Shown: positions 21,157 to 31,499, counted from the first letter of the stretch. The stretch: 64,000 bases of DNA from Agreia sp. (GCA_040398585.1 JBBATW010000003.1:14670-78669); one strand, 5' to 3'. Notes: generated by a model not told the origin, from the letters alone. Made by a program: numbers and translations.

Positions 21157-21894
21157 ATGCCAGAACCCGCCGGTGAGCTCGACCCCGAGGGGACCACGCT
21201 CAAGGGTCGTCGTGCGCCCGGGACTGTGATCACCGATTCGACCGTCGCCCTGGCTGCGGGCAGTCTGCACGTGCGTACCTACCGAGGCGGCGAGGGCACG
21301 AATCTGCCGCTTGTGCTGTTCTTCCCCGATGCGGCGAGTGGCAAAAAGAGCGGCGAATGGATCTCCTCCTGGCTGGCATCGGCCATCTCGGGAATCGTTC
21401 TCGAGATCAGGCCTAGGGCTTCTCTCGCTTCCAACCTGATCCTGGACTGGGCCGGTGGCTATTCGTCCGCAATCGGCGCATCCATCGAACGCATCGCCGT
21501 TCTGGGCAACGGAACAGGAGCGGACGCGGCCCTTGAGGTATTTGCTGCCCTTCCGGCCGGCAGGCCGGCCTCCGTCTCCCCCGTTCGCCTCGTGATGATC
21601 TCTCCCTCCCTAGCGGCTGGAAGTAATGGCGTTCCCCCTGGGCTTCCCACGGTACTGCTGCAGGTGACCAGGCCCACGACGGGGAGACACCCCGCGGTCG
21701 CCCTCCTTGAGGAGCTCAAGGACGCGGGCAGTCCGGCTCGCATCATCGAGTACCTCGGCAAGGAGCGCGACTGGGTAGCATCGCCGCGCAGCGTGCGCAG
21801 CGCCCACGAACGGCTGCGTGACACCATCACGTTCCTGCGGCGCGGACTCGTCGATGATTCCTATGACATCGTGCCGAACTGGAACATGCACTGA
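21157..21894 (+). CDS. Alpha/beta-hydrolase-fold protein, apparently lacking the catalytic triad
   Basis: The layout follows hormone-sensitive-lipase-type esterases, but HGGG reads FPDAAS, GDSAG reads GNGTG, and the C-terminal His position reads R-D-W. Start at MPEPAG. Confidence 0.5.
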   Translation: MPEPAGELDPEGTTLKGRRAPGTVITDSTVALAAGSLHVRTYRGGEGTNLPLVLFFPDAASGKKSGEWISSWLASAISGIVLEIRPRASLASNLILDWAGGYSSAIGASIERIAVLGNGTGADAALEVFAALPAGRPASVSPVRLVMISPSLAAGSNGVPPGLPTVLLQVTRPTTGRHPAVALLEELKDAGSPARIIEYLGKERDWVASPRSVRSAHERLRDTITFLRRGLVDDSYDIVPNWNMH

Positions 21895-22143
21895 CGCTCC
21901 CGGACGCGGGTGAGGGATCGTCGGAACCTGCGGTATTTCGCCAGGATCGTTCGCGAGAGTTCCTTTTCTATCGTGCGGGCCTGCGTGAGCACTTTTCGTT
22001 CCCCCCGGGTAGGAGTCGGCTGTCTCGGCGCCGAAGGCCACCAGGTCGACGCCGTTTGCTGCCTCTGCCGGGTAGGACAGACGGCGCGCGGCACTCTTGA
22101 GCCGGCGCAGGTCGTTTCGGATGCCCCGCTGGAGTTCCGCCAC
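21861..22143 (-). pseudogene. Small ORF interrupted by a frameshift at a C6/G6 run (hypothetical)
   Basis: The frame with good third-position GC runs from GTG 22143 (MAELQRGIRNDLRRLKSAARRLSYPAEAANGVDLVAFGAETADSYP) to the run at 22001-22009. The GC3 signal then continues in the frame of ORF 21861..22151 (ERKVLTQARTIEKELSRTILAKYRRFRRSLTRVRER...). Confidence 0.3.
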
Positions 22144-22624
22144 GGCGTCACCGGTGGCGCGCGTGCACGTAATCCTCGTCGTCCCGCCGCGCTCGCGGAT
22201 CCTGAGTCTTCAGGTCGGCCACGAGTCCCGTCAGGATCGAGCCCATGGCCGCGAGCGCAACAGGTGCTTCCGCTGGGGATGTCGATGAGCGTGCAGCCGG
22301 GGAGACCTCGAAGTCAGAGCCCATGGCACGGGCGAGTTTCGAGACGCTCAGGGCAGGCAGTGTCCGGCCCTGACGAGGTCGTCGCAGACCTCCGCCACCG
22401 ATCGTCTCGGGTCATGATTGCTGGCAAAAAACTAGCGATCCAGAGGCTGATGCACTCGAACTCATCGATCGGAATAGAGTTGGCGTGGCGTCCTGACACA
22501 CGTCGAGTCGAACTCGACATAGCGCTCTGTGAGGTCGCCTACTAATTCCGGAACAGGCCAGCCTGGCGGCTCATCCCGCTGACCGCCATCCGACGCCTGG
22601 TGACACCGAACGAATGAGACACGC

Positions 22625-24775
22625 ATGACCGAGAAACTCAGCACCCCGCCCATCGCCGAGAAGCGGCCCCAGTCGCGCGTGCACCACGGCGACGAGGTCT
22701 TCGACAATTTCGAGTGGTTTCGTGACAGGGAAGACCCCGCCGTCATCGCCTATCTCGAAGCCGAAAACGCCTTTACCGAGGCCAGTACCGCGCATCTTGC
22801 GGGCCTTCGACAGTCGATCTTCGATGAAATCAAGTCGCGCACCCTCGAGACCGATCTTTCCGTACCTGTCCGCAGCGGGCTGTGGTGGTACTACTCCCGA
22901 ACCGTTGAGGGCCTGGAGTACGGCATCCACTGCCGGCGCCCAGTGGCCGGCCCCGATGATTGGACTCCCCCGGTGCTCGTAGCGGGCTCGATCCCGACAG
23001 ACGAGCACATACTGCTCGATGACAACATCCAGGCGGAAGGTTTCGACTTCTACTCCCTCGGCAGCTTCGACGTCAGCACCGATGGCAAACTATTGGCCTA
23101 CAGCGTCGACACCGTCGGCGATGAACGCTACACACTGCGCATTCGCGACCTTCTGACCGGGCTGGATCTTGCCGACGAGGTACCGAACACCTTCCCCGGC
23201 GCCACCTTCGCCCCGGGCGGGCGCTACGTGTTCTACCCGACTGTCGACGACTCCTGGCGCCCAGACACGATGTGGCGGCACGAGGTCGGCACGGCCGCAT
23301 CCGACGACGTCTCCGTCTTCCACGAGCCCGACGACCGGTACTGGATCGGGATCGGACTGACCCGCAGCGAGAAGTACCTCGAGATTGACCTGGGCTCCAA
23401 GATCACGAGCGAGTCATATCTTCTGGATGCCAGCGACCCCACTGGCGAGTTCACCGTCGTTTGGCCGCGCCGCGAGGGCGTTGAATACGCCGTGGAGCAC
23501 GCCGTGATCTCGGGCGAAGACCGCCTCCTGATCCTGCACAACGACGGAGCGTTGAACTTCACCCTGATCGACGCGTCTGCGGCCGACCCGACAGATGCCA
23601 GCCGGCACCGGGTGCTTCTCCCGGCCAGCGAGGACGTGCGGATCGAAGACGTCGACGCATTCGCCACTCACCTCACGGTGGAATATCGCCGCGATGGGCT
23701 GACCCGGGTGGGCATCATCCGCCTCGGCGCGACCGGCGACGCCGGAGGGCTCCCCTGGGCCCCCCTTGAGGAGCTCTCCTTCGACGAGCCGCTGTTCCAG
23801 GTCGGCACCGGCGGAAATCCCGAGTGGCACCAGCCGACCGTGCGCATCGGCTACACCTCGTTTGTCTCGCCCTCCAGTGTCTATGACTACAGCCTCGAGA
23901 CGGGAGAGCTCACCCTGTTGAAGCAACAACCGGTTCTAGGCGGCTACGACCCGGCCGACTACGAACAGTTCCGGGAGTGGGCGCCGGCCAGCGACGGAAC
24001 GCTGATTCCCATCTCCCTCGTCCGCCGCCGGGATCTCGGGGCCACAGGCCCGCGGCCGACGGTGCTCTACGGCTATGGGTCCTACGAGGCATCCATCGAT
24101 CCGGGCTTCTCGGTCGCTCGGCTGTCGCTTCTTTCGCGCGGCGTGACTTTCGCGATCGCGCATATCCGCGGCGGAGGCGAACTGGGCCGGTCCTGGTACG
24201 ACGACGGGAAGATGCTGACCAAGAAGAACACCTTCAGTGACTTCGTCGCCGCAGCCGACCACCTCATTCATCAGGGGCTCGCGACGCCCGCGACCCTTGC
24301 GGCCGAGGGTGGAAGCGCCGGCGGACTGCTGATGGGTGCCGTGGCAAACCTCGCCCCCGACAGATTCGCTGGAATCCTTGCCCAGGTGCCATTCGTCGAC
24401 CCACTGACATCGATTCTCGACCCCGACCTACCCCTGACGGTGATCGAATGGGACGAGTGGGGCGACCCCCTGCACAATGCAGACGTCTACGCCTACATGA
24501 AGTCGTACTCGCCCTACGAGAACGTGCGAGCGGATGCCGCCTACCCACCGATACTTGCTGTGACCAGTCTCAACGACACACGGGTGCTCTATGTCGAGCC
24601 CGCTAAATGGACCGCGCGGCTCCGCGAAGTCGGCGCGCCCGTGTTGCTCAAAACGGAGATGAGTGCCGGACACGGCGGTGTCAGTGGCCGTTACGAGCGC
24701 TGGCACGAGGTGTCCTACGAGTTCGCCTGGCTACTGGACATCCTCGGCCTTGGCACCACCGAGCCGAACACCTGA
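22625..24775 (+). CDS. ptrB: Oligopeptidase B (S9A prolyl oligopeptidase family)
   Basis: 716 aa, with an N-terminal beta-propeller region and a C-terminal catalytic domain. The nucleophile elbow is GGSAGGLLMG, and D and H lie downstream (LNDTRV, SAGHGG). Confidence 0.9.
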   Translation: MTEKLSTPPIAEKRPQSRVHHGDEVFDNFEWFRDREDPAVIAYLEAENAFTEASTAHLAGLRQSIFDEIKSRTLETDLSVPVRSGLWWYYSRTVEGLEYGIHCRRPVAGPDDWTPPVLVAGSIPTDEHILLDDNIQAEGFDFYSLGSFDVSTDGKLLAYSVDTVGDERYTLRIRDLLTGLDLADEVPNTFPGATFAPGGRYVFYPTVDDSWRPDTMWRHEVGTAASDDVSVFHEPDDRYWIGIGLTRSEKYLEIDLGSKITSESYLLDASDPTGEFTVVWPRREGVEYAVEHAVISGEDRLLILHNDGALNFTLIDASAADPTDASRHRVLLPASEDVRIEDVDAFATHLTVEYRRDGLTRVGIIRLGATGDAGGLPWAPLEELSFDEPLFQVGTGGNPEWHQPTVRIGYTSFVSPSSVYDYSLETGELTLLKQQPVLGGYDPADYEQFREWAPASDGTLIPISLVRRRDLGATGPRPTVLYGYGSYEASIDPGFSVARLSLLSRGVTFAIAHIRGGGELGRSWYDDGKMLTKKNTFSDFVAAADHLIHQGLATPATLAAEGGSAGGLLMGAVANLAPDRFAGILAQVPFVDPLTSILDPDLPLTVIEWDEWGDPLHNADVYAYMKSYSPYENVRADAAYPPILAVTSLNDTRVLYVEPAKWTARLREVGAPVLLKTEMSAGHGGVSGRYERWHEVSYEFAWLLDILGLGTTEPNT

Positions 24776-24920
24776 TGAACACATGACATCTCGCCGTAAA
24801 TTTCCCAAGAAAGGTGCGTGGCGGATGGCACCTGCTCTGGCAGTCGTGCTTTAGTTACTCCAACGAACGGGGACGGAAGTTGACCCGACTCCCGGCGTGA
24901 GCAGCAGATCGGCGATTGAC

Positions 24921-25874
24921 ATGACTGTCAGGACCAGCGAGCACGCCCGGCCTAATCACTTCCTTGTTCACTTGAGTGACACACACTTCGTGGGTGAGGG
25001 TGCGCTGCTCTACGACGCGGTCGATGCCGAAGCCCACCTGACCCAATTGCTCGCAGAGCTCGAGGCGTCTGAGTCCCGACCCGAGGCGATCATCTTCACG
25101 GGCGACCTCGCCGACAAGGGCGATCCTCGGGCCTACGAGAAGCTTCGCGCTCTGGTGGAGCCCGTGGCCGGGCGCCTCGGCGCCCAGCTGATCTGGGTCA
25201 TGGGCAACCACGACAACCGGGCCGTCTTTCGCGCCAGCCTGTTGAACCAGCTGCCGTCAATGAATCCCGTCGACCGGGTCTATGACGTCAATGGCCTGCG
25301 CATCATCACCCTGGACTCCACAGTTCCCGGGATGCACCACGGCGAAGTCAGTCCTCAGCAGCTCGACTGGCTCGCCGAGGAGCTTGCCAGCCCAGCCCCC
25401 CACGGCACCATCCTGGCCATGCACCACCCGCCGATCCCCAGCATGCTCGATCTGGCGGTTCTCGTAGAGCTTCGCAACCAATCAGCCCTCGCCGAGGTGC
25501 TCGAGGGTAGCGACGTGCGCTCCATCATCGCCGGCCACCTTCATTACTCCAGCACCGCGACCTTCGCCGGCATACCCGTCTCTGTCGCCTCCGCCACCTG
25601 CTACACCCAAGACTTGAATGTGCCCGTCGGCGGCACCCGCGGCCGGGACGGCGCGCAGGGCTTCAACGTCGTGCATGTCTACGAGAACACCGTGCTGCAT
25701 ACGGTGGTGCCCATCGGTTCCTACGCGGCGACGAACTATGTGTCGGCCGATGAGACGGCCAAGAGGCTTCAGGAGGCCGGCGTTAGGATCGCGCCGGCTC
25801 CCGACCTCGCCGTTCAAGCAGTTGAAGACTTCACGGTGCCGGCACTGGGCGCTTTGCAGAAGACGGTCGCCTAG
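24921..25874 (+). CDS. cpdA: Class III cyclic-nucleotide phosphodiesterase / metallophosphoesterase (Rv0805-like)
   Basis: [33 protein letters not shown] are the calcineurin-like metallophosphoesterase motifs in order. Start at [14 protein letters not shown], by analogy with the Rv0805 N-terminus as I recall it. Confidence 0.8.
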   Translation: MTVRTSEHARPNHFLVHLSDTHFVGEGALLYDAVDAEAHLTQLLAELEASESRPEAIIFTGDLADKGDPRAYEKLRALVEPVAGRLGAQLIWVMGNHDNRAVFRASLLNQLPSMNPVDRVYDVNGLRIITLDSTVPGMHHGEVSPQQLDWLAEELASPAPHGTILAMHHPPIPSMLDLAVLVELRNQSALAEVLEGSDVRSIIAGHLHYSSTATFAGIPVSVASATCYTQDLNVPVGGTRGRDGAQGFNVVHVYENTVLHTVVPIGSYAATNYVSADETAKRLQEAGVRIAPAPDLAVQAVEDFTVPALGALQKTVA

Positions 25875-27502
25875 GCTGGGGTCTCCCAGGGAGCCCTGAT
25901 CGGATAGTACATTTCGAGAAAAGCGCCCATGATCTCCGAGCGCTCCTCGGCCGGCACCTCAGGGAAGCTGCCGTCGTTCAGACAGAAGAAGTCGTACTGG
26001 CGTCTCTTGAGTAGGCCGGGAAGTTTACCCAGCCCGCTTCTGGATGTCGTGTCGACGTAGAGCACGCGAGCCGACTCTTGGGTCACAGCCTGGCCGGTCA
26101 GGAGGGCGTAGTAGTGGTAGAGCGAGTTCGTGACAGAGATATCAGTGCTGGCGCGAAAGCGGCTTGCGGCCGTGCGGGCGAAGTCTTCAGGGAACTCCGA
26201 CTCGAGTTGCCGGATCACACTGGTTCGAAGAGGCGCAGGGGTGTGCTCGAGGTGCCTGGTGATGATGTGGCCGAACCGGCGCCAGAGCAGATCACGGTTC
26301 ACCCTCGCCGAATTCTCGAAGCCGCTGCGTGCGGCATCGCTCTCGCCGAGGCCGATCCGGGTCTTGGCCTGGATAAACTTCGTGATCCCGCCCGGGGAGA
26401 AAAACATTCCCGGCTCCACCGGTCGGCCGAAGAACATATCATCGTTCGAGTAGAGGAAGTGCTCGCTCAGGCCGGGGATGTTCTGCAGCTGGCTCTCGAT
26501 CGCCTGCGAGTTATGGGTCGGCAGCACAGAGGGGTCGGCGAAGAACGCCTCACTCCGAACGAGCTGCACCCGAGGATGCTCCACGAGCCATTCCGGGCGC
26601 GGCGAGTCGGTGACCACATAGACATTGCGAATCCAGGGCGCGAAGGCATACACGGCCCGGAGCGCATAGCGCAGCTCATCAACCTGGCGAAAACGCGCCT
26701 CGGCGGCATCGCCCTCCCCGACGACGACACCCTGCATCCGTTCGGCGCGGGCACGCTGGTACTCGGGGTCATTGCCGTCAACCCAGGAGAAGACCATGTC
26801 GATGTCGAAGCGCACATCGGTGGCGTGCGGGTCGAACATGCCCTCGAGCGTGTTCCATGTGCGGCCGTAGAGCTCTACGGTGGCCCGGATGGCCTCGGAG
26901 AGCGGCAAGACCTCACGGGTGAGTGAGTTCTCCACGGGACAGATATAGTTGCCGCCCTCGATGGTCCAGAACTGAAGCTCGATGCCGATTGAGGAACCGT
27001 AGGAGAGACCACCGATCGGCTCGACGCGGGGCCTGAACAGCCGGAATATCCTGGCCTTCCGGCGGGAAGACAGCACACCATCGCCCACGAGCACAGGGGC
27101 ACGACGCCTGCCGTCGATGGTGCGTGAGTAGAACGGCTCGTCCTTGAATGCCTCGGCGAGGGCACGCTCCACCGGGCGACGCTGGGGAAGATCGACCACG
27201 ATGACCGGCCGCTCGTCATTGCCACGAACGAGCAGGAAGTCGATACCGGCCAAGATCAGGGCGTCTCGGACGAACAACAGGTCGGAGACGAGCGCCTGGT
27301 GAGGCGTGAGCGTAGTATTCACAAGCATCGCCACGCCCTTGCGCACGACAACATCCGTGCGGGCGTGACGCAGGGGCCAGTCCCTGCCGGTCCCAGTCTC
27401 GCCCGCCGCCCGATTGAACTCCTGGTCCGGAGACTCTCCCGGGCCCTCGTCCAGAGCGAGGTTGTGGGTTGCGGCGCTGCCGGACGAGAGGTTGAGAGTC
27501 AA
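25871..27502 (-). CDS. Stealth (CR1-CR4) family sugar-phosphate transferase (CpsY-like)
   Basis: CR1 [17 protein letters not shown]2 [25 protein letters not shown]3 [32 protein letters not shown]4-like HTPAPL. Confidence 0.85.
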   Translation of the reverse strand: MTLNLSSGSAATHNLALDEGPGESPDQEFNRAAGETGTGRDWPLRHARTDVVVRKGVAMLVNTTLTPHQALVSDLLFVRDALILAGIDFLLVRGNDERPVIVVDLPQRRPVERALAEAFKDEPFYSRTIDGRRRAPVLVGDGVLSSRRKARIFRLFRPRVEPIGGLSYGSSIGIELQFWTIEGGNYICPVENSLTREVLPLSEAIRATVELYGRTWNTLEGMFDPHATDVRFDIDMVFSWVDGNDPEYQRARAERMQGVVVGEGDAAEARFRQVDELRYALRAVYAFAPWIRNVYVVTDSPRPEWLVEHPRVQLVRSEAFFADPSVLPTHNSQAIESQLQNIPGLSEHFLYSNDDMFFGRPVEPGMFFSPGGITKFIQAKTRIGLGESDAARSGFENSARVNRDLLWRRFGHIITRHLEHTPAPLRTSVIRQLESEFPEDFARTAASRFRASTDISVTNSLYHYYALLTGQAVTQESARVLYVDTTSRSGLGKLPGLLKRRQYDFFCLNDGSFPEVPAEERSEIMGAFLEMYYPIRAPWETPA

Positions 27503-27603
27503 GATATTTACGAGCCTTTCCGAGCCCGACCGGTCAGACTGCCCGAATCCATAGCTTTGCCCAGTTTAGCCCCGACCGGTGCCGGGCCGCCGTTCGCTCG
27601 TGG

Positions 27604-28731
27604 CTAGAGCCAGCCGAACCGCTTGAAGACCGCAAAGAGGCCTGTCATCCCCAGCAGCATCGTCCCGATTGCGAGCGGATAACCGAATGTCCAGTCCAGT
27701 TCGGGCATGTGGATGAAGTTCATGCCGTAGATGCCGGAGACTACCGTCGGCGCATAGAAGATTGCAGCCCACGCGGAGATCTTCTTGACCTCCTCATTCT
27801 GCCGGTTGCTCGCCTCGCTGAGCACCTTCATATCCTCGTTCTGCCGCTGGGCGACCAGGGTCGAATTCACGGCAAGAATTTCACGCAGGGTCGAACGGAA
27901 ACCGTCGACGTGGTCGTTGACGAAACTCACGTGGTCTGCGACGTCCCGAAGCGCTCTACGAAGCTCTAGGTTCGTCTCAAACTCATCAAAACCGACGCGC
28001 AAAGTCTCAAGCATTGCCGTCAGGGGCAACGTGGCCCGCTGGAACTCAGCAACCTCGCGGCTCAGCTCGTAGATGCGTCGGGAGACGGAGGCGTCCCCTG
28101 CGAAGACCTGGCCCTCAATCTCATCGATGTCGTTCTCCAGCCCTGCCACGACCGGCATGTACTGGTCGACAACGGCGTCAAGGATTCCATAGAGCACGGC
28201 CACAGGCCCCAGCGCGAGCAGCTCAGGCTCACCTTCCATGCGCCTCCTGACCAGCGAGAGGTCTGGCGCTTCGCTGTGACGCACCGAGACGACGAAGTTC
28301 TTGCCCACGAAGAGATGAAGTTCCCCGAATTCGACCTCTTCGCGGTCTTCGGAATAGCTGGCTGCCCGGAGCACGACGAAGAGCATGTCTCCGTAACGCT
28401 CGAGTTTCGGTCGCTGGTGGGCGCTGACGGCGTCTTCTACGGCAAGCGGATGGAGCGAGAATTCGGCCTGGATGACGGCGAGTTCCTCGGCATCCGGTCG
28501 GTACAAACCGATCCAGGCCATCGACTCGGGATAATTCCCACAGGCAGCCAATGTCTCAGCCAAGGTCACCGGGGAGAGAACGCGGAGCCCCTTGGCATAG
28601 ACGGCGTTGTCAACGGTGCCGTTGTGCTGCCCGGTGGGCTGCTCCAGATGCACCGAATCGACAATGACTTTCGCGGGAGCGACACGCCGCGTGAAGGCGT
28701 GGATGGCAGCCGCGACGCTGGGCTTCCTCAC
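27604..28731 (-). CDS. corA: Magnesium/cobalt transporter CorA
   Basis: C-terminal GIYGMNF motif between two TM helices, plus a large N-terminal cytoplasmic domain. The GTG start overlaps the upstream stop (GTGA). Confidence 0.9.
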   Translation of the reverse strand: MRKPSVAAAIHAFTRRVAPAKVIVDSVHLEQPTGQHNGTVDNAVYAKGLRVLSPVTLAETLAACGNYPESMAWIGLYRPDAEELAVIQAEFSLHPLAVEDAVSAHQRPKLERYGDMLFVVLRAASYSEDREEVEFGELHLFVGKNFVVSVRHSEAPDLSLVRRRMEGEPELLALGPVAVLYGILDAVVDQYMPVVAGLENDIDEIEGQVFAGDASVSRRIYELSREVAEFQRATLPLTAMLETLRVGFDEFETNLELRRALRDVADHVSFVNDHVDGFRSTLREILAVNSTLVAQRQNEDMKVLSEASNRQNEEVKKISAWAAIFYAPTVVSGIYGMNFIHMPELDWTFGYPLAIGTMLLGMTGLFAVFKRFGWL

Positions 28732-29378
28732 TTCGCGTCGCCGCTCTTCTCAAGCAGGGCTGCTACCGAGGCCGGCACTGCGATTGCCGCGCGGAGGTCG
28801 GGCGCCGGCAGCGCCGTGGTGTAGCCGTTGGCGCTCAGAAGCACGCCCGCCCATGCCTGCCCTGCAACGTCGTTGTCCGAATCCTCCGGCCAGAGCGCCG
28901 AGCGCTTGATCGAGAACTCCTCGACGTGGAATCTCAGCACCAGGGTAGCCGCCAGTTCGCGATCGGTATGACGACGAACCTCACTGGCCCGGCCCGGAAT
29001 CAGATGATCAGTGATCAGATCCAGGGCACGAACCTTCGCGTCGTCTGCAAGCACCGAACACGCGCCGAAGGCGACCCCGCTGCGATACCGCATCGAGGAT
29101 TCGAAGGCACTGCGGGCGATCACCAATGCATCAAGGGCGGTCACCTCCAGAGTGACAGGAACTCCGGTGGCAATGATGCGGAGCCAGTGCGAGCCCGTCG
29201 AGCCGTGCAACAGCACAGTGTCTCCGTCCCGAGCGATCGCGATGGGCAGCACCATTGCGTCGCCGTCCCGGACGAATGCGAAGTGTCCGATCAGCGAATC
29301 ATCCAGCAGGGCGTCAAAGGCCGCCCGGTCGGAGACGGAGACGCTATTTGTGAGTCGGGTGGCCCTGATGCGCGACAT
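28728..29378 (-). CDS. Pyridoxamine 5'-phosphate oxidase-like FMN-binding split-barrel protein
   Basis: 216 aa. The pattern HFAFVRDGDAMVLPIAIARDGDTVLLHGSTGS is typical of the putative-PNPOx_2 family. Confidence 0.7.
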   Translation of the reverse strand: MSRIRATRLTNSVSVSDRAAFDALLDDSLIGHFAFVRDGDAMVLPIAIARDGDTVLLHGSTGSHWLRIIATGVPVTLEVTALDALVIARSAFESSMRYRSGVAFGACSVLADDAKVRALDLITDHLIPGRASEVRRHTDRELAATLVLRFHVEEFSIKRSALWPEDSDNDVAGQAWAGVLLSANGYTTALPAPDLRAAIAVPASVAALLEKSGDAK

Positions 29379-29381
29379 CTC

Positions 29382-31499
29382 TCAGGCCAGCGCCTCTCGC
29401 AGCAGGTGTACCAGGGCGTCCATCTGCACGCTGTCGGTCGAGGTGATCTCCTCGTCTGAGCCGTCAAGCGCCCGGGCGGCAAGGCTCTGCTTGCTGTCGA
29501 TCAGCTCGGCTATCTTCGCATCGATGGTCTGGGCGGCGACGATGCGCCAGGCCGTCACGGGCTCCTCCTGACCGATGCGGTGCACTCGGTCAATGGCCTG
29601 CGTCTGCTCGGCCGCCGTCCAGGACAACTCTGCGAGCACGACGTTGGAGGCCGCCTGAAGATTGAGCCCGACGCCCGCGGCCGTGAGGGAACACACGGCG
29701 ACCGATACCGACGGATCGTTGTTGAACGCGTCGATCTCTTTCTGGCGGGCGATGGCTGTCTGGTCACCACGGATGGACACCGTCACGAGGCCCGCCCTCT
29801 CCAGTGCCTGTTCGGCATGATCCATCACATCAATATGCTTCGCAAAAAATACAACCTTGCCGACGGACCGGGCCAGCTGGGCCGTGTAATCCGCGGCGAG
29901 TGATGCCTTTGCCTTGCCGATCAGGCGCACCATCGTGAAGACGTTCTCCCCGCCCCCACCCTGGGCTTTGGACTCCTCGAGTTCCTGCTTGGCGACCGCG
30001 CGCATGAGGTTCTCAACGTTTGTCTCGCCATCGGGATCTGACTTGCGGCGCGCCTTGACCAGTCGCTCGTATCGGGTCAGAAGTCTCTTTCCGAGCTCGG
30101 CCTCGGCCTCGCGAATCGAGCGCCCGAGGTCATCGTCAAGCTCGACCGGCAGGTCGACCACTCTCTTTGATGGCAGGTCGGCAGCCACGTCGATCTTTCG
30201 ACGACGAACGATGCCCATATCAATGACGGCCTCCCTCGCCTCGGAGAAGAACCCGAAGTCTGCCGGTGTCAGCCCGGTCTCCTCGAGCTTCTGCATCAGG
30301 GCTGCGGTCGGCTTGGTACCGTCGATCCAACCGAGGAAACGCCAGATCGCCCGGAGATCGTCGATGTCGTTGATCAGCGGCGTACCGGTCAGCGCCATCA
30401 TCAGCGGGTTGCCGCCAGGGGCTTTCAGTCGAATGCGATCGGCCAGGGCGAGAACATGCTTGGAGCGCTGGGACGCTAAATTCTTGATGAAGTGCGCCTC
30501 GTCGACGACCATCCCGCGAAATCCCATGGTGCCGATCCATGCGAGGTGGCGATCAAGAACCTCGTAGTTCACGATCACGACGTCGGCGAACGCGTCGAGG
30601 CCGGCACCATCGCCGTGGATGACCGTGGCGCGGCGGTTCGGAGTCCAGAGTTCGACCTCGCGGGCCCAGTTCATCTTGACGACGTTGGGGACGATGGCCA
30701 GAAGTGGGTAGGCATCGGCAACCGAAGCCGCTAGGAGCGACTGGGCAGTCTTGCCCAGGCCCGGCTCATCCGCCAGCAGGAAAGAGCGGTGTCCGGCGGC
30801 AACGCTGGCGATGAATCTCGCCTGGTGGCGCATAAGCTCATGGCCGGGCGGCGAAAGCCGATCCATCTTGGGGGCCTCGGGGAGGTCCATGCTGGCAACT
30901 TGGCCGCCCGAGCCGTATTCGAACGCCCGAAAGAGCGGACCGAGCAGCTCCCAGTTGGACAGGCGCCCGTGCGATGGTGACTTCGCAAGTTGCGGCAGGG
31001 AGAAATCCGGCGCGAGGAATGGATTCGCCAGTTGGCGGGCCTTGACCGACTGCGGAACCACCTGACGCTCGACAAGCTCCGGAGATACAAGCGTGATCGC
31101 GGCTGGCACCGGGACGATCTCGTCAGAAACCTCGATGCCGGCTTCAGTCTGATACTGGCGACGAAGCTTCTGAGCTACCGGGGAGATGGGAACGTCGCTC
31201 TCGAGAAGCGTAATCAGCGAGGTGTCTCGAGCCGCCGTCTTGGCCAGAATCGATCCGATGCCATCGAGACGCTTGAGCTGCTCGGCCCGGTCGGCATCGG
31301 CCAGGTCGGTCGACGTCTTGACCCGGATGCGTTCCTCGCGGGCCAGCAGGGCGACGACGAGGAACTTCGTTCGGTTGCTCGGGGCCACCTTGCCGCGCTG
31401 GGCGGCGGCCTCGACCTCGCGCACCTTGCGAGCAAGAATGGGAATAAGGCCGGTGTTATCGACGCTGCGCGTCTGTCGGCGTCCGCCAGAGCGAGACAT
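29382..31499 (-). CDS. SNF2-family DEAD/H helicase-like ATPase
   Basis: LLADEPGLGKTAQSL (motif I), VVDEAHFIKN (motif II), LTGTPLIN (III), C-terminal helicase lobe with QAIDRVHRIGQ (VI). Start at ATG 31499 with AGGAGG 4 nt upstream. Confidence 0.85.
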   Translation of the reverse strand: MSRSGGRRQTRSVDNTGLIPILARKVREVEAAAQRGKVAPSNRTKFLVVALLAREERIRVKTSTDLADADRAEQLKRLDGIGSILAKTAARDTSLITLLESDVPISPVAQKLRRQYQTEAGIEVSDEIVPVPAAITLVSPELVERQVVPQSVKARQLANPFLAPDFSLPQLAKSPSHGRLSNWELLGPLFRAFEYGSGGQVASMDLPEAPKMDRLSPPGHELMRHQARFIASVAAGHRSFLLADEPGLGKTAQSLLAASVADAYPLLAIVPNVVKMNWAREVELWTPNRRATVIHGDGAGLDAFADVVIVNYEVLDRHLAWIGTMGFRGMVVDEAHFIKNLASQRSKHVLALADRIRLKAPGGNPLMMALTGTPLINDIDDLRAIWRFLGWIDGTKPTAALMQKLEETGLTPADFGFFSEAREAVIDMGIVRRRKIDVAADLPSKRVVDLPVELDDDLGRSIREAEAELGKRLLTRYERLVKARRKSDPDGETNVENLMRAVAKQELEESKAQGGGGENVFTMVRLIGKAKASLAADYTAQLARSVGKVVFFAKHIDVMDHAEQALERAGLVTVSIRGDQTAIARQKEIDAFNNDPSVSVAVCSLTAAGVGLNLQAASNVVLAELSWTAAEQTQAIDRVHRIGQEEPVTAWRIVAAQTIDAKIAELIDSKQSLAARALDGSDEEITSTDSVQMDALVHLLREALA

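Noticed and set aside
21910-22545. 211-aa plus-strand ORF in the decaying region
   Set aside because: The translation is Arg/Ser/Pro-rich with poor GC3. The coding signal, where present, is on the minus strand.
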